NCBI GenBank assembly: GCA_963755915.1
Contig: CAVWLP010000002.1
Span: 2,912,001 to 2,976,000 of the forward strand
Reading direction: 5' to 3'
From: an uncultured Phycisphaerales bacterium
GTDB taxonomy: Bacteria; Planctomycetota; Phycisphaerae; Tepidisphaerales; Tepidisphaeraceae
DNA: 64,000 nt
In this document: positions 1-11,617 of the stretch, piece after piece
Numbering within the stretch: position 1 is the stretch's first letter
Layout: each line of letters opens with the position of its first letter
The notes under the pieces: generated by a model
Database searches by the model: none
What the model was told of the DNA's origin: nothing
What the model saw: only the letters and a program-made list of their open reading frames with translations
Made by a program: the position numbers and the translations under genes

Positions 1-318
1 AAGCGGCACCGATTTCTCCATCCTCGCCGCCAACTTCGGTACAGCCGCTACCAATTGGGACCAGGGCAACTTCCTCTACAGCAGCTCCGTCAACGGCTCC
101 GACTTCAGCGCCCTTGCCGCCAACTTCGGCCAGGGCGACAGCGGCGCGGACGTTCAGATTGCGCAAGCCGACATCGCTGCTCTCGATTCATTCGCGATTG
201 CCAACGGCTTACCCCTGTCGACGATCGACGCGGTCCCCGAACCCGTCGCCGGCGCGCTACTGCTTTCCGCGGCCGCCGCCACCCTGGTGACCAGACACAG
301 GAAGAAAACGAAATTTAA
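1..318 (+). CDS. 3' end of PEP-CTERM protein with dockerin-like repeats (partial)
   Basis: Frame 2 reads ...GTDFSILAANFG...WDQGNFLYSSSVNGSDFSALAANFGQ...DAVPEPVAGALLLSAAAATLVTRHRKK: VPEP, hydrophobic stretch, basic tail. The frame runs to 523, but a TAA at 316-318 in the adjacent frame suggests a 1-bp error; end uncertain. Confidence 0.8.
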   Translation, partial: KRHRFLHPRRQLRYSRYQLGPGQLPLQQLRQRLRLQRPCRQLRPGRQRRGRSDCASRHRCSRFIRDCQRLTPVDDRRGPRTRRRRATAFRGRRHPGDQTQEENEI

Positions 319-330
319 CTACCCTTCACC

Positions 331-357
331 AATTCGAAAATTCGAATTTCGAATTTA
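331..357. repeat. Short TTCGAAT-type heptamer tandem repeat
   Basis: aattcgaaaattcgaatttcgaattt between convergent genes; same family as 46440-46532 and 51040-51095. Confidence 0.6.
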
Positions 358-367
358 CGTCCTGAGG

Positions 368-1081
368 TCAATACCCCGCCGTATTCCACGAGATAATCGC
401 CCCCTTCAAAAACCCATCCGCTCCCGCCATCTGCGCCTGCGCCGATTCCATCTGCTGCCGCGCCGCGACCACATCCGCATTCCGATAAAGCTGCGACTCA
501 AAAACCTTCTCCTTCAGCGATAGAACCTGGTGGGTCGCCACCAGCCGAACGCGCGCGTCTGTGACCGTCGGATCATCCGCCAGCGCCTTCGCTTCCATCA
601 CCGTGATCAACGATCCATCGTGCATCGCCTGCACCGCCGTCACGTTTCGCGTGCCTGTGCCGACGGCCGTCGAATTCACAATCGCCTGCTCTTCGGTCCG
701 TCTCTCCGCCAGCTTTTTGTACTCCGGATCCTCATGCACCCGGCTCAGCACCGCCTCCACGGCCGCTTCGTAGTTGGCCTGTGCCGACTCGTAATCATCC
801 TTGGCCGCCAGATAATCCCCGGAGATTTTGAAATCATCGCGTGCCCGCGAGATCAGCACCTGCAGGTCGCCCCAGCGGTTGTCATACTGGGCCTGCGCAA
901 AGGCCGCCTGTCCCATGGCCGGCGCAAGGTTGTAAACCGCAATCGGCTGGCTGGGTTGCGCGCCCATAAACGGTGCAAATCCCGCTCCCTGCCAGGGGAC
1001 ATATCCCCCCATATTCTGGGCGAAGGCCCCGGCTGCAAAAGTCGTCAGAGCAAGGGCCGCTACGAAGGTTCGACCGAGCAT
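368..1081 (-). CDS. Secreted helical/coiled-coil hypothetical protein
   Basis: 237-aa ORF with signal peptide (MLGRTFVAALALTTFAAGAFA-Q); Ala/Gln/Glu-rich body. Confidence 0.7.
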   Translation of the reverse strand: MLGRTFVAALALTTFAAGAFAQNMGGYVPWQGAGFAPFMGAQPSQPIAVYNLAPAMGQAAFAQAQYDNRWGDLQVLISRARDDFKISGDYLAAKDDYESAQANYEAAVEAVLSRVHEDPEYKKLAERRTEEQAIVNSTAVGTGTRNVTAVQAMHDGSLITVMEAKALADDPTVTDARVRLVATHQVLSLKEKVFESQLYRNADVVAARQQMESAQAQMAGADGFLKGAIISWNTAGY

Positions 1082-1305
1082 AAAGACCTCCCTGCGAGAA
1101 GCTTATCCATAAGCATAAGCGTCAAAGACCGACAGCTACCGCATTATAGCGACAAGAAACGGATTCTGAACCGCCGATAACCTGTTTTCCCTCCGGCTGA
1201 TTCTTGCTCCGCTTGACGCTATGATAGCGGTGACCGATATTGAGTCGGCTCAGCGGCCTCCGCGCTGCGCGAGAGAGTGGAGCAGTAGAGAGTAGAACAG
1301 TAGAT

Positions 1306-1346
1306 GCCCCCGCCCTGACCCTCCCCCGGAGTACCAGGGGAGGGGA
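1306..1346. repeat. REP-like palindrome, family A (CCCCTCCCC-GGTACTCC-GGGGAGGG), reverse orientation
   Basis: gcccccgccctgaccctcccccggagtaccaggggagggga is approximately the reverse complement of the copy at 37551. Confidence 0.8.
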
Positions 1347-1399
1347 GAAGAGGGAGTTACCAGGGGAGGGGATTAGAGTTGGCCGGAAACGTGCGAATA

Positions 1400-1696
1400 A
1401 TGCGAAACGCCCGACACGTCATTGCTGTAACCCTGATGGCGACGGCCATTTGCGCCGATCGCTCTCTGGCCGCCGCGCCATCCGAACCCCTGGCTTCGCA
1501 TCTCGCGGGCCGGATCATCACCAGGCTTTCAATAAAGCTCCGCAGCGTCGTGCCCGCCGTCTGCATCTACAAGCCCCGGCAATTTGGCCTCGCCTGTGCC
1601 CGGGCGGCCAAGCCGCGATTCAACCTTTTCCGCGCCGATTTTGTCTCGCCTCAGCTTTCCCCCTTCCAGTTCCGCCTCCCTCCGCCCAGCGCCTGA
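1400..1696 (+). CDS. Small exported protein upstream of secA; candidate SecM-like arrest/monitoring peptide
   Basis: Signal-peptide-like N-terminus MRNARHVIAVTLMATAICADRSLA-AA; C-terminus FQFRLPPPSA; stop 60 nt before the secA ATG. Confidence 0.7.
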   Translation: MRNARHVIAVTLMATAICADRSLAAAPSEPLASHLAGRIITRLSIKLRSVVPAVCIYKPRQFGLACARAAKPRFNLFRADFVSPQLSPFQFRLPPPSA

Positions 1697-1756
1697 TTTT
1701 CCATTCCCGTCCGTTTTTCTGAGCTTACGCCGTAATTCTTTGATTAGAGGCGCTGT

Positions 1757-4700
1757 ATGGCACTCAATACATCTAAAATCCTGACCTCCGTTTTCGGAAG
1801 CCGCAACGAACGGCTCCTCAAGCGCTACCACAAAGCCGTCGATCAGATCAATGCGCTGGAACCCAAAATCCGCGCCATGACCGACGTCCAGCTTCGCGAA
1901 CGCACCAAGGACCTGCGCACCGGCCTGACCCGCGGAAAAATCCGCTCCGAGGACATCCTCCTCGAGGCGATGGCCATCATCCGCGAATCGATGGACCGCA
2001 ACATCGGCATCCGCTCGATCTTCGACCCCGACAACAATTTCGATCCCGACCAGTTCGACGACGAAATGCTCGAAGCCTACGACAGCGTGCAGCGCGAGCT
2101 GATCAGCACCGGCGTCTCCTGGCGGCAGGCGCCGATCCCGCCCAAAATTTATGACGGTGTGCGCAAGCTCTTTCCCGAAAGCCGTCCGCCGTTCCGCGCC
2201 CGCTGTTTCGACGTGCAGATCATCGGCGGGCTCGTCCTTTACGAAGGTAAGATCGCTGAGATGGCGACCGGGGAAGGCAAAACGTTCGTCGCGCCGCTCG
2301 CCTGCTTCGTGCGCTGTTTGGAAGGGTATCACTGCCATGTCGTCACGGTGAACGACTATCTCGTCCGCCGCGACGCCAACTGGATTCGCCCCGCCTTCGA
2401 GAACCTCGGCCTCACCGTCGGCTTCATTCAGTCCGACATGGAGCCCGGCGGCGACACCCGGCGGGCCGCCTATAACTGCGACGTCACCTACGGCACCAAC
2501 AGCGAATTCGGCTTCGATTTCCTTCGCGACAACATGAAAGACCAGCGCCGCCCAGCAGGTGCAGGGGCCGCTTCGAGTTTGTGATCGTCGACGAGGTCGA
2601 TTCCATCCTGATCGACGAAGCCCGCACGCCGCTGATCATCAGCGGTGCCGCCCACGACGACGCGGCGAAATACCGGGCGGCCGACATCGTCGCACGTAAA
2701 GTCATGGAGATCCACAAGCCCTATGCCGCCGCCGAGGCAGCCGAGGATGCCGCCAAGCGCGCCATCAAGACCGCCGAGGGCGACGAAGACAAGGCCAAGA
2801 ACGCCGGCGAAAAAGAGGCCGCCCGCAAGCGCCAGGAGCTGTCGAAGAAGCAGCTTGAAGAGGCCGACCAGACGCAAGGAAGCGGAGACGCAGTATTACG
2901 AGGTGGAGCTGGACCGAAAAAGCGTTCACCTCACGCACGAAGGAATTGCCGCCGCACAGGAAGCCGCGGGCGTCGGGTCAGTTCTACGTCGGCAACAACA
3001 TGGAATGGCCGCATCTGATGGAGCAGTCCATGCGCGCCCACGTCGTTTACGAGCGCGACAAGGATTACGTCGTGGAGCGCGGGCAAAGGGGGACGATGGA
3101 AGTCGTCATCGTCGACGAATACACCGGCCGCAAAATGGTCGGCCGGCAATGGTCGGACGGCCTCCACCAGGCCGTCGAGGCCAAGGAGAAGGTGCCGATC
3201 AAGGAAGAAACCCAGACCCTGGCGACCATCACCCTCCAGAATTTCTTCAAGATGTACAAGATCCTGCGCCGGCATGACCGGAACCGCCCAGACCGAAGCC
3301 GAGGAATTCGGCAAGATCTACCGCCTCGACGTCGTGACCATTCCCACCAACCGCCCGGTCGTCCGCGACGACAACGAAGACCGCGTCTATCGCACCGAGC
3401 GCGAAAAATGGGATTCGATCATCGAAGAGATCAAGGATATTTCCGACAAGGGCCGCCCCGTTCTTGTCGGCACCACCAGCGTCGAAAAGAGCGAAATGCT
3501 TTCCAACATGCTGAAGCGGAAGTACGGCATCGACCATGAAGTGCTCAACGCCAAGTACCACGAGCGCGAGGCACAGATCGTCGCCGTCGCCGGGCAAAAC
3601 CATAAGAACCCGCGCGGTGAAACCGTCGGCAACGTGACCATCGCCACCAACATGGCCGGCCGCGGCACCGACATCAAGCTGACGACAGAAACAACCCAGG
3701 CAGGGGGGCTGCACGTCATCGGCACCGAGCGCCACACCGCCCGGCGAATCGACAACCAGCTCCGCGGACGCTCCGGCCGCCAGGGCGATCCCGGCTCCAG
3801 CCGGTTCTACGTGAGCCTTCAGGACGAGCTGATGAAGATGTTCGCCGGCGAATGGACCATCAAAGTCCTCGGCTGGCTCGGCATGGAAGAGGGGATGGCC
3901 ATCGAAGACAAGCGCATCAGCAAGGGAATTCTCCGCGCCAGAAAGAAAGTCGAAGAGCGCAACTTCCTCGCCCGCAAAAATCTTCTCGAATACGACGAAG
4001 TGATGGACCACCAGCGCACGACCTTCTACGGCATGCGCCAGCAAGTTCTGCGCGGGCAGGACGTCGAATCGATCATCTGGGAAATGATCGGCGAGGCGAT
4101 CGCCGATGCCGTCGATAAATACATCACGCAGGATTACGTCGCCGCCACCGTTGCCGAATGGGCTCGCATCAATTTCGAGGTCAATATCGATCCCGAAGAC
4201 CTCATCGGCAAGCGCAACATCGACGAGCTCGATCAGTACATCAAGGCCCAGGCCCGCGCCGAAGCCGAAACCAACATCACCGCCACCATCGGTGAATTCA
4301 TGGGCGAAAGCGAAAACGAAGAGGAGACCACGAAAAACTGGGACACCAAGGGCCTGCAGAGCTGGGCCATGAGCCGGTTCCACGTGAACCTCTCCCAAAA
4401 CCAAATCCGCCAGATGCACCCCGACGACGTGGAGAGCCAGTTGCGCACCGCCGCCGTCGAGCAGATCGATCACCGCGACTGCACCGGGCTAATGAAATAC
4501 CTCGCCCCCAATTTCGCCGAGCAGGAGCTGGTGAACTGGGCGAAGGAAAAGTTTAATGTCGAGATCAAGATCGAGGAGTTCGTTCTCGACCCCAAGGGCC
4601 ACAGCCTTCTGCCCGCCGAGCAGATTGTCGAGCTGATCGACAAGCGCGCCCGCTCGGCGTACGCCCGCCGGGAAATCGACTACCCCGTCGAGCACGCCCT

Positions 4701-5597
4701 CACCTACGCCTACGGCGGACCCGAAGGCTTCACCGACCATCCCTACTCCGCCGAGTACATCCAGAAATGGACCGCCAGGAAATACGGCGAGAGCGTCACC
4801 ATCGACCAGATTCGCGCCGGCACCCTCCAGCAGCTTCACGCCCGCCTCATCGCCCTCCAGGAAAAATTCGTGAAGGGGGGCGAAATGGAAAAAACCGTCG
4901 ATGCCCTCATTGCCGCCCACCCGGAGACCGAGCCCCTGCGCCTCGCCTTCAACGAACGCTTCGGCGCCAAGCTCACGCCACGCGATTTCGAGATTCAGAT
5001 CAAAACCGACGAAAAAGACACGCGGATGCTCTGGCAGTCGGCAACTCCCGAGCAGGTGCACCAGATTCTCATGGAACGCGCCCGGCTCGTGATGCGCGAA
5101 GAGCTGACCGATCTCGAGCAGTTCGTCCTCATCCAGATTTTCGACCAGAGTTGGAAAGACCATCTTTACGCGATGGACATCCTCAAAAACGGCATCGGCC
5201 TCCTCGCCTTTGCCGAGCAGGACCCGCGCGTGCAGTTCAAGAAAGAAGGTTACCGCTACTTCCAGGAGATGATGTCATCCGTGCGCGACAAGGTGACCGA
5301 CCTGATCTTCCGCGCCGCGTGGTCGGCGCCGCCCAGGCCCGCAACGCCTACAAGGAAACCGCCGCGGTTCACGAAGCCCAGGGCGGGTATGGCGTCGCCG
5401 AAAACGTCGCCGCCACTGCCTCCGCCGCGCAAGGCCAGCCCACAGGCGAAATGGACGAAGCCTCCGGCCAAACTCAGGGTGAGGCCGCCAAGGTCAAAAC
5501 CATCGTCCGCGAAGCCCCCAAGGTCGGACGCAACGACCCCTGCCCCTGCGGCAGCGGAAAGAAATATAAAAAATGTCACGGCATCGGCGTGGCGTGA
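1757..5597 (+). CDS. secA: Preprotein translocase ATPase SecA (about 6 apparent indels)
   Basis: [96 protein letters not shown] and [25 protein letters not shown] across frames; shifts near 2537, 2572, 2870, 2975, 3270, 5320. Confidence 0.97.
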
Positions 5598-5631
5598 GGC
5601 TCCAGGCACAGGCGAATCGCATTTCCTTTTT

Positions 5632-5672
5632 TCCCCCGCCCCCGGTACTCCGGGGGAGGGATGGGGAGGGGG
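5632..5672. repeat. REP-like palindrome, family A
   Basis: tcccccgcccccggtactccgggggagggatggggaggggg between convergent secA and GT41 genes. Confidence 0.8.
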
Positions 5673-5712
5673 TTTTTCGCGGAACTATGCGCCGCATGTC
5701 ATCGCTCCGCGC

Positions 5713-7351
5713 TCAGCGGCCGCAGTACTCACGCCACATGACGCGATACGCGGATTCAAGATTCCGCACAAATCGCTGCGCATCCATCAACGCTGACGAT
5801 TGCATTCGCGCCCGGAGATCCTGCCGAACTCTCGTGCGATCTCCCGCAAGCCGCACCGCGATCTGCTCGTATTCCGCGGCTGTTTTTGCGATCAAATCTG
5901 TCAGCCCCGCATTCATTAGAATACTTACCCCCGCCCGCGACATCCCCGACGACCCGGCCAGCGTCACCACCGGCACTCCCATGAACAATGCATCCAGCGT
6001 CGTCGTCCCCCCGTTGTACGGAAACGGATCCAGCGCGATATCAACCTGGTTGTACATCGGAAAATAATCCGCGTAATTGACCTTCTCGAAAAGCTCGATC
6101 CGATCCGGATCAACACCGTGCGCAGCGAACCCGCGCGTAAGGTATTCGTTCCCCCGCTTCCCCCCCGCGACGATCAATCGCAGCCGCGAACCGCCGACCT
6201 GAAGTAAAATCCGCGACCACACCGCGATCACCTCCGGATCGATCTTCGCGCACGTGTTGAACGACGCGAAAACCACCGGCCCGTCGCCCCCGCCCGCCGC
6301 CACCGCCGGCACGTCGATCTGCGGCTGATAACACCAATACGTCTCCGCCAACCGAACCACCCGCTCCGGCCCCAGCGTCTCCGCGCCCGCCGGATCCAGA
6401 TGCGGATCGCTCAACCGATAATCCATCGCCGGCAATCCCGTCGTCCCCGCATACGCCAGATAGCTCACCTGCACCGGCGCCGGCTTGCGCAAACACCAGC
6501 ATCCGATTCCGCGGCATGTGCGCCGTCAAATCCACAAGAATATCGATCCCATCCTCCCGAATCCGCTGCGCCAGCGCGGCATCCGACATGCCATTGGTAG
6601 CCACCCACCCATCGCAATCCGCTTTCACCCGATCGGTCATGAAATCAGCCTTGGAGACGTCGGCATAACAGATCGATTCAAATCCCACCCGATCCCGATG
6701 ATGCAAAATCGGCTGCATAAAGAGCGCGATCACATGCTGCCGAAAATCCGGCGAAACATACCCGACTCTCAATCGCCGCTCCGGATCGCGCAAATTCCCA
6801 TGCGCATGAATCTCCCCCTCCAGCGGCTTGGCCCACTTCTCTGCCCAGCGCCGGTGCTCTTCCTCAATATTTCCCGCCGACGCCTCCGCATCAAACCACA
6901 TCGTGTACAGCAAATGGCTATGCGTGATCGCATTCGGCCGAAGCGCCAGCGACCTCCGCAGCCACTGCGCCGCCTCGGAAACTCTCCCCTGAGATCGCAG
7001 GCACGCGGCGAGATAATCCAGCGGTCGCGGATCATTCGGGCTCAGCTCAAACGTCCGCCCAAACGCCTCGACTGCCTCGGAAGGGCGATTGAGTTGTTGA
7101 ATCGCCCCCCCAAGATTCCCCCAGTACGCCGCTGACGATCCATTGATCGCGATCGCCCGGCGAAAAAGATCCTCCGCCTCCGCAAATTTTCCCTGCTGAA
7201 GACAAAGCAGCCCGGTTTGATTCAAAAGGTCCGCATGCCGCGGCGCATGCTCGATCAGCTTCCGGAGAATCCCCTCCGCTTCCGCCAGCCGGCCGGAATC
7301 GACCAGCCCTGCAACCTGCGCGAGCATTTGCTGCGGATTAACGCGACTCAT
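5713..7351 (-). CDS. TPR-containing O-GlcNAc transferase / SPINDLY-like glycosyltransferase (GT41), one frameshift near 6485
   Basis: N-terminal TPRs, [26 protein letters not shown], (R)[46 protein letters not shown]. Confidence 0.9.
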
Positions 7352-8457
7352 GTTCCCCCGCAGCTTTCGAAAGCCCCTCCAGGAAACCTGCAACATTTCC
7401 CGCATCAAGCCGCACCCCGAAATCCGAAATATCCTCGCCCGCCGACGGCGGAAAACCCGTCAATCGATCGATCACCAGGTCCCCCAGCTCTTTCTTGAAA
7501 TGCCCGGGATCCCAATACCATCGCATGTGCGTCGCAGTTTCCTCGCCCGTGGGGTATTTCTCCGTCGTATATTTCGTATCCGAGCAAAAATCCCACAGCG
7601 TCACCGGATTGCCAGGAAACTTCTGATTCTGCCGCTCCACCATCGCACTCAGATCGCCGATCCAATCCAGATACATCTGCCACTTCCCCGACACAATCAG
7701 CCGCTGAAAAAAAATCACATGCGTCGGCAACACAACCATATCCACCTTGATCCCCAGCCCCGTCGCGTCGTCGAGCAACTTCTCCAGCCTCCGCATTCTC
7801 TCCTGATCGACATACAGCCCCGCCGTCGCCCCTTCCGCTCCGGAAAAGTCGTAATAATTCACCATCACCCAGTCGGCCGCGCCGTGATTGGCGAAATTCT
7901 CATCCATCTGTCCCAGCCGCCAGTCCATCGCCCGCCGGTCGTTCATCCGATTCTTCACCGTCGTAACCGATCGCTGCAATGCACTGACGCTCAGGAGCGA
8001 CCCAAGATAATAGTCCACGGGATTGATGGATGGATTGAGCAGCGTCATCGAATCCTCATCCGGCGCTGCGCCGGGCATCAAAATCGCTCAGATCGACACA
8101 CAGCACGATCCTGCGCGGCGGATGCCCCGCAATCGCCAGCCGGGCCGCGCGATCGAACTCATCAAACACCGCCCCCGGCAATCCCGCATTGAAAACCCGC
8201 GCCCCGCGCCATCCCGGATGCTCCGGATCGAGCCCCACTTCCACCCGTGAATTCCCCAGCAGAATCACGTCCCATCTCTGCGCCGCAAGCCGCTGCGCCT
8301 TCCCCAACCGGCCCCCGATCCCGTCCCGAAATGGCGACCCATTCGATCGGTAAATCCCAAACGGATCGATCATCGCATTCGCCCCGGCCACAAAAACCAG
8401 CGCAATCAGAATGCCGCCCATCATCCCGCGAAGATATTTCAAATAGGCCGCGCTCAT
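7338..8457 (-). CDS. Membrane-anchored SGNH/DltD-like partner of MBOAT, frameshift near 8070
   Basis: N-terminal TM (NAMIDPFG), ILLGNSR, FNAGLPG, C-terminal YWDPGHF; abuts the MBOAT stop. Confidence 0.65.
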
Positions 8458-9916
8458 TCAGAACTGGTAGTAAATAAATTCGCTCGCTCTCGACAAGTAT
8501 AAAATGCTCACGATGGCGACGACCGCAACCGCCCCGCACCAGAACCAATCCGGCCGCCACAGCAGCCGCCGGCCCTGGTCCTCCGGCGCCGGCGGCACAA
8601 CTCCCAATGCCGGCCGCGCCAGCGACATCACATGCTGCGAATTCGGCGCGACAAACACAAACGCCAAAAGCGCAAGCACCGAGATCCATCGCCCTCGATC
8701 CGTCCATGCCTTCCCCAAATCAAATCCATCATATCCCGACATCGCGGTCAGCATCCGCCGCGCCGTCGAAAAATCCGGCGCGAAACAGCACCCACGCAAC
8801 CGCCACCGACACAAACGTCACGCCTCTGGCCCAAATGCCTCTCTTGCGATTCCCGCTCACCGCCCGAAACCCATGATTGACCACCAGGTAAACCCCATGC
8901 AGCCCGCCCCAGGCGACGAATGTCCAGTTCGCCCCGTGCCACAGCCCGCCGAGCAGCATCGTGATCATGAGGTTCACATATCTCCTCGCTTTCCCGAGCC
9001 GGTTTCCTCCCAGCGGGATATACAGATAATCGCGCAGAAATCGCGACAGCGTGATGTGCCACCGATGCCAGAAATCGATCACGCTGCTCGCCTGATACGG
9101 CGAATTAAAATTCACCGGCAGCCGAAACCCGAAGATCCGCGCCAACCCCAGCGCCATGTCCGTATACCCCGAAAAATCGAAATAAATCTGCAGCGTATAC
9201 GCCAGCGTCCCCAGCCATGCCGTCGCCACGTCCGGCGTCGCTCCCGCCGCCGCGGCGCCGAATATCCGGTTGGCGGTGGGGGAGATGGAGTCAGCGATCA
9301 AAACCTTCTTGCACAACCCGAAGAAAAAAAGCGTCAAGCCCACCACCAGATTCTTGGCGCTGATACCCATCACGGTTCGCCGCGCAAACTGCGGCAAAAC
9401 CTCGCGCGGATGCACGATCGGCCCCGCGATCAACTGCGGGAAAAAGAGCACCATCAAACAGTAATACAGAAAATTCCTTGAATACCCTCGGCCCTTATAC
9501 GTATCCACGAGATACGCGATCTTCTGAAACGTAAAAAACGAAATCCCCAGCGGCAGAATAATCGGCCCCAGCGACCACGATTTCCCCATCGCCGCGTCCA
9601 ACGTGCCGACGAGGAACCCTGCATATTTGAAATAAGCCAGAACGATGAGATTAAAAACCAGGCCGGCGATCAGTCCCGCCTTTCGAACCGCAGGCGCCCC
9701 CGCGGCGAGCCAGACGGTGCCGATCAAATAGTTGATCGTCAGCGAAACCACCAGCAGCGCAAGAAATTTCGGGCTCCACCAGGCGTAAAAAAACATCGAG
9801 CAGGCGACCAGCCACACCAAAGCGGCGGTGCGCCAGGCGAAGTGACTGAGAACCGCAAAGCCGAAGATCGTGACGGGCAGGAAGGCAAAGATGAAGCAGT
9901 AGGAATTGAAAAGCAT
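8458..9916 (-). CDS. MBOAT family O-acyltransferase (AlgI/DltB-like), frameshift near 8790
   Basis: MLFNSY start, LPLGISFFTFQ, FFPQLIAGPI, QIYFDFSGYTDMA, FWHRWHITLSRFLRDYLYIPLGG, GLWHGANW, C-terminal EFIYYQF. Confidence 0.93.
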
Positions 9917-9978
9917 CCTCGGCTGCAAGGGCAGCCGTGCAACATCTTAATCCGATTGAAGCGGCGCGTGTAGCGGGC

Positions 9979-10515
9979 TTAGCGCACGCAATAGCGCATC
10001 GCCATGCGGTCGAGTTGGCGGGCCGCGTCCTGAAGGTTCATCACGTCGCTCTGCATCTGCTCGGACGCGAAACTCCCATACGACTCCGGCGACTGCCGTC
10101 CGTAAACCCGCATCAAAACCGCCATCGCGTTGCTCGCCTGGCCCCCCTCGTTCATCCGGGCGTCAAGGCTGATCGTATTCTCCGCCGCGATGTAGCGGGC
10201 GACGGCATACCGGAAATCAGGCGGGCACTTGGAAACGTCGATCTGCGCCTGCTTAGCGATGCAATCATCCACCGCGGCCATCGGCGCCATCCGCCCGGAA
10301 TTCTGAGCCATCAGCGCGCTGCGCTGAAGATAGGAGAGGCGATTCATGACGTTCTGGCACGGCGCCGTCGCGCTGCTTTGCCAGGACCGGTTCGCGAGCG
10401 AATAAGATGCCGCGCTGGCGGACTCGGGCGCGGGCTGCCCGCCCTTAAGCACCGCGATCGCGACAGAGAAAGTGCAGGCCACAACAGCCGCCCAGCCAAC
10501 AATCCGGATATTCAT
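9979..10515 (-). CDS. Exported hypothetical protein
   Basis: 178-aa ORF, hydrophobic N-terminus, several Cys; AGGAG upstream on the minus strand. Confidence 0.6.
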   Translation of the reverse strand: MNIRIVGWAAVVACTFSVAIAVLKGGQPAPESASAASYSLANRSWQSSATAPCQNVMNRLSYLQRSALMAQNSGRMAPMAAVDDCIAKQAQIDVSKCPPDFRYAVARYIAAENTISLDARMNEGGQASNAMAVLMRVYGRQSPESYGSFASEQMQSDVMNLQDAARQLDRMAMRYCVR

Positions 10516-10872
10516 ATAAGTGCGCTCCTCCGCGAGTTATTCGACATGCGAAGGGAGGAACTGAAGGCGTGGCGTGGTCCGATTAATTTTTGAAGCGGGG
10601 AGAGAATATTTTTCGGCAGGGACATCAACACAAAACTGGACAGTCCACAACAAAATGGGGGGATTGGGCGGTTTGGGTAGGTGCATTTCGCGATATCAGC
10701 GATATCGTTGACATCAATGATATCTCTAATATCAGACTGGCGTTGTTGAGGTTTCGTGCGGCGAGGGCGCCCCGCACCGCAAGACTCTATCGCTTCCTGG
10801 GCTTCATCACGTGAACAAACGAAGTCATGATCTTGAGGCGATGGAGATCGCTATAGAATTCGTCCTTCAACC

Positions 10873-11451
10873 ATGAAAGCGCGGTCTTATCTTCTCTTTC
10901 TCATCGCCGCCAGTTCGAGCGTGATTTTGGTAGTCGCCTTACGCCCTTCGTTGAATCAGTGGATCGGGTACCATGCCCAAAGACCTTTTGTTGCCGAAAT
11001 AACGTATTGTTCCGGCGATCTACAGATCGAATGGTTCGGCCGCAGTGAATACCAATCGCGCTTAATATGGTTTGATGACGGTCATGGCCAGCAAGTGCAG
11101 GCCCGCTGGCAGTTCAATCCATTCCGGCCCATAGGGGAGGGGTTTTTGTGTCACAGTTGGCGTTTTGGCATTACACCGCGGGCACGCGACGGCGCTGTCG
11201 CCGCTCCCGCTTGGGCGTTCGTGGGATGCCTTTTTTTCGTTCTGATATCTATATCTGAGGCGATTCGCTTTGCGCAACGAAGAACCAAGCTCACGAACCA
11301 TAACGGTTTTGAGGTGATCACGGAGGGGCAAGAAGAATCGGCTTGTTTGAACGCGGAAATCGCGGCAGCCGCGTCCTGTCAGCAATCGAACTCCATGCGT
11401 CGCGCCTTTTATTTGGCGAAGAAACGCAAAGTACTACAGCGAAAGACGTGA
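10873..11451 (+). CDS. Hypothetical membrane protein, atypical composition
   Basis: 192-aa ORF with two hydrophobic segments; no recognisable motif. Confidence 0.45.
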   Translation: MKARSYLLFLIAASSSVILVVALRPSLNQWIGYHAQRPFVAEITYCSGDLQIEWFGRSEYQSRLIWFDDGHGQQVQARWQFNPFRPIGEGFLCHSWRFGITPRARDGAVAAPAWAFVGCLFFVLISISEAIRFAQRRTKLTNHNGFEVITEGQEESACLNAEIAAAASCQQSNSMRRAFYLAKKRKVLQRKT

Positions 11452-11617
11452 ATCCGTAAGCAAACTTGCGCCAAATCTCTCCATTCAAAGCCCCGAATGC
11501 GGAAAACGATTGCAACCTTCACCCCCGCAAAAACTTACACCCCCGCACGAAGCTAGCATCTACAAACAAAAGTCTCGAAAGTGTTCAAAACTGTTCAATT
11601 CTGTTCAATCCCCGAAT

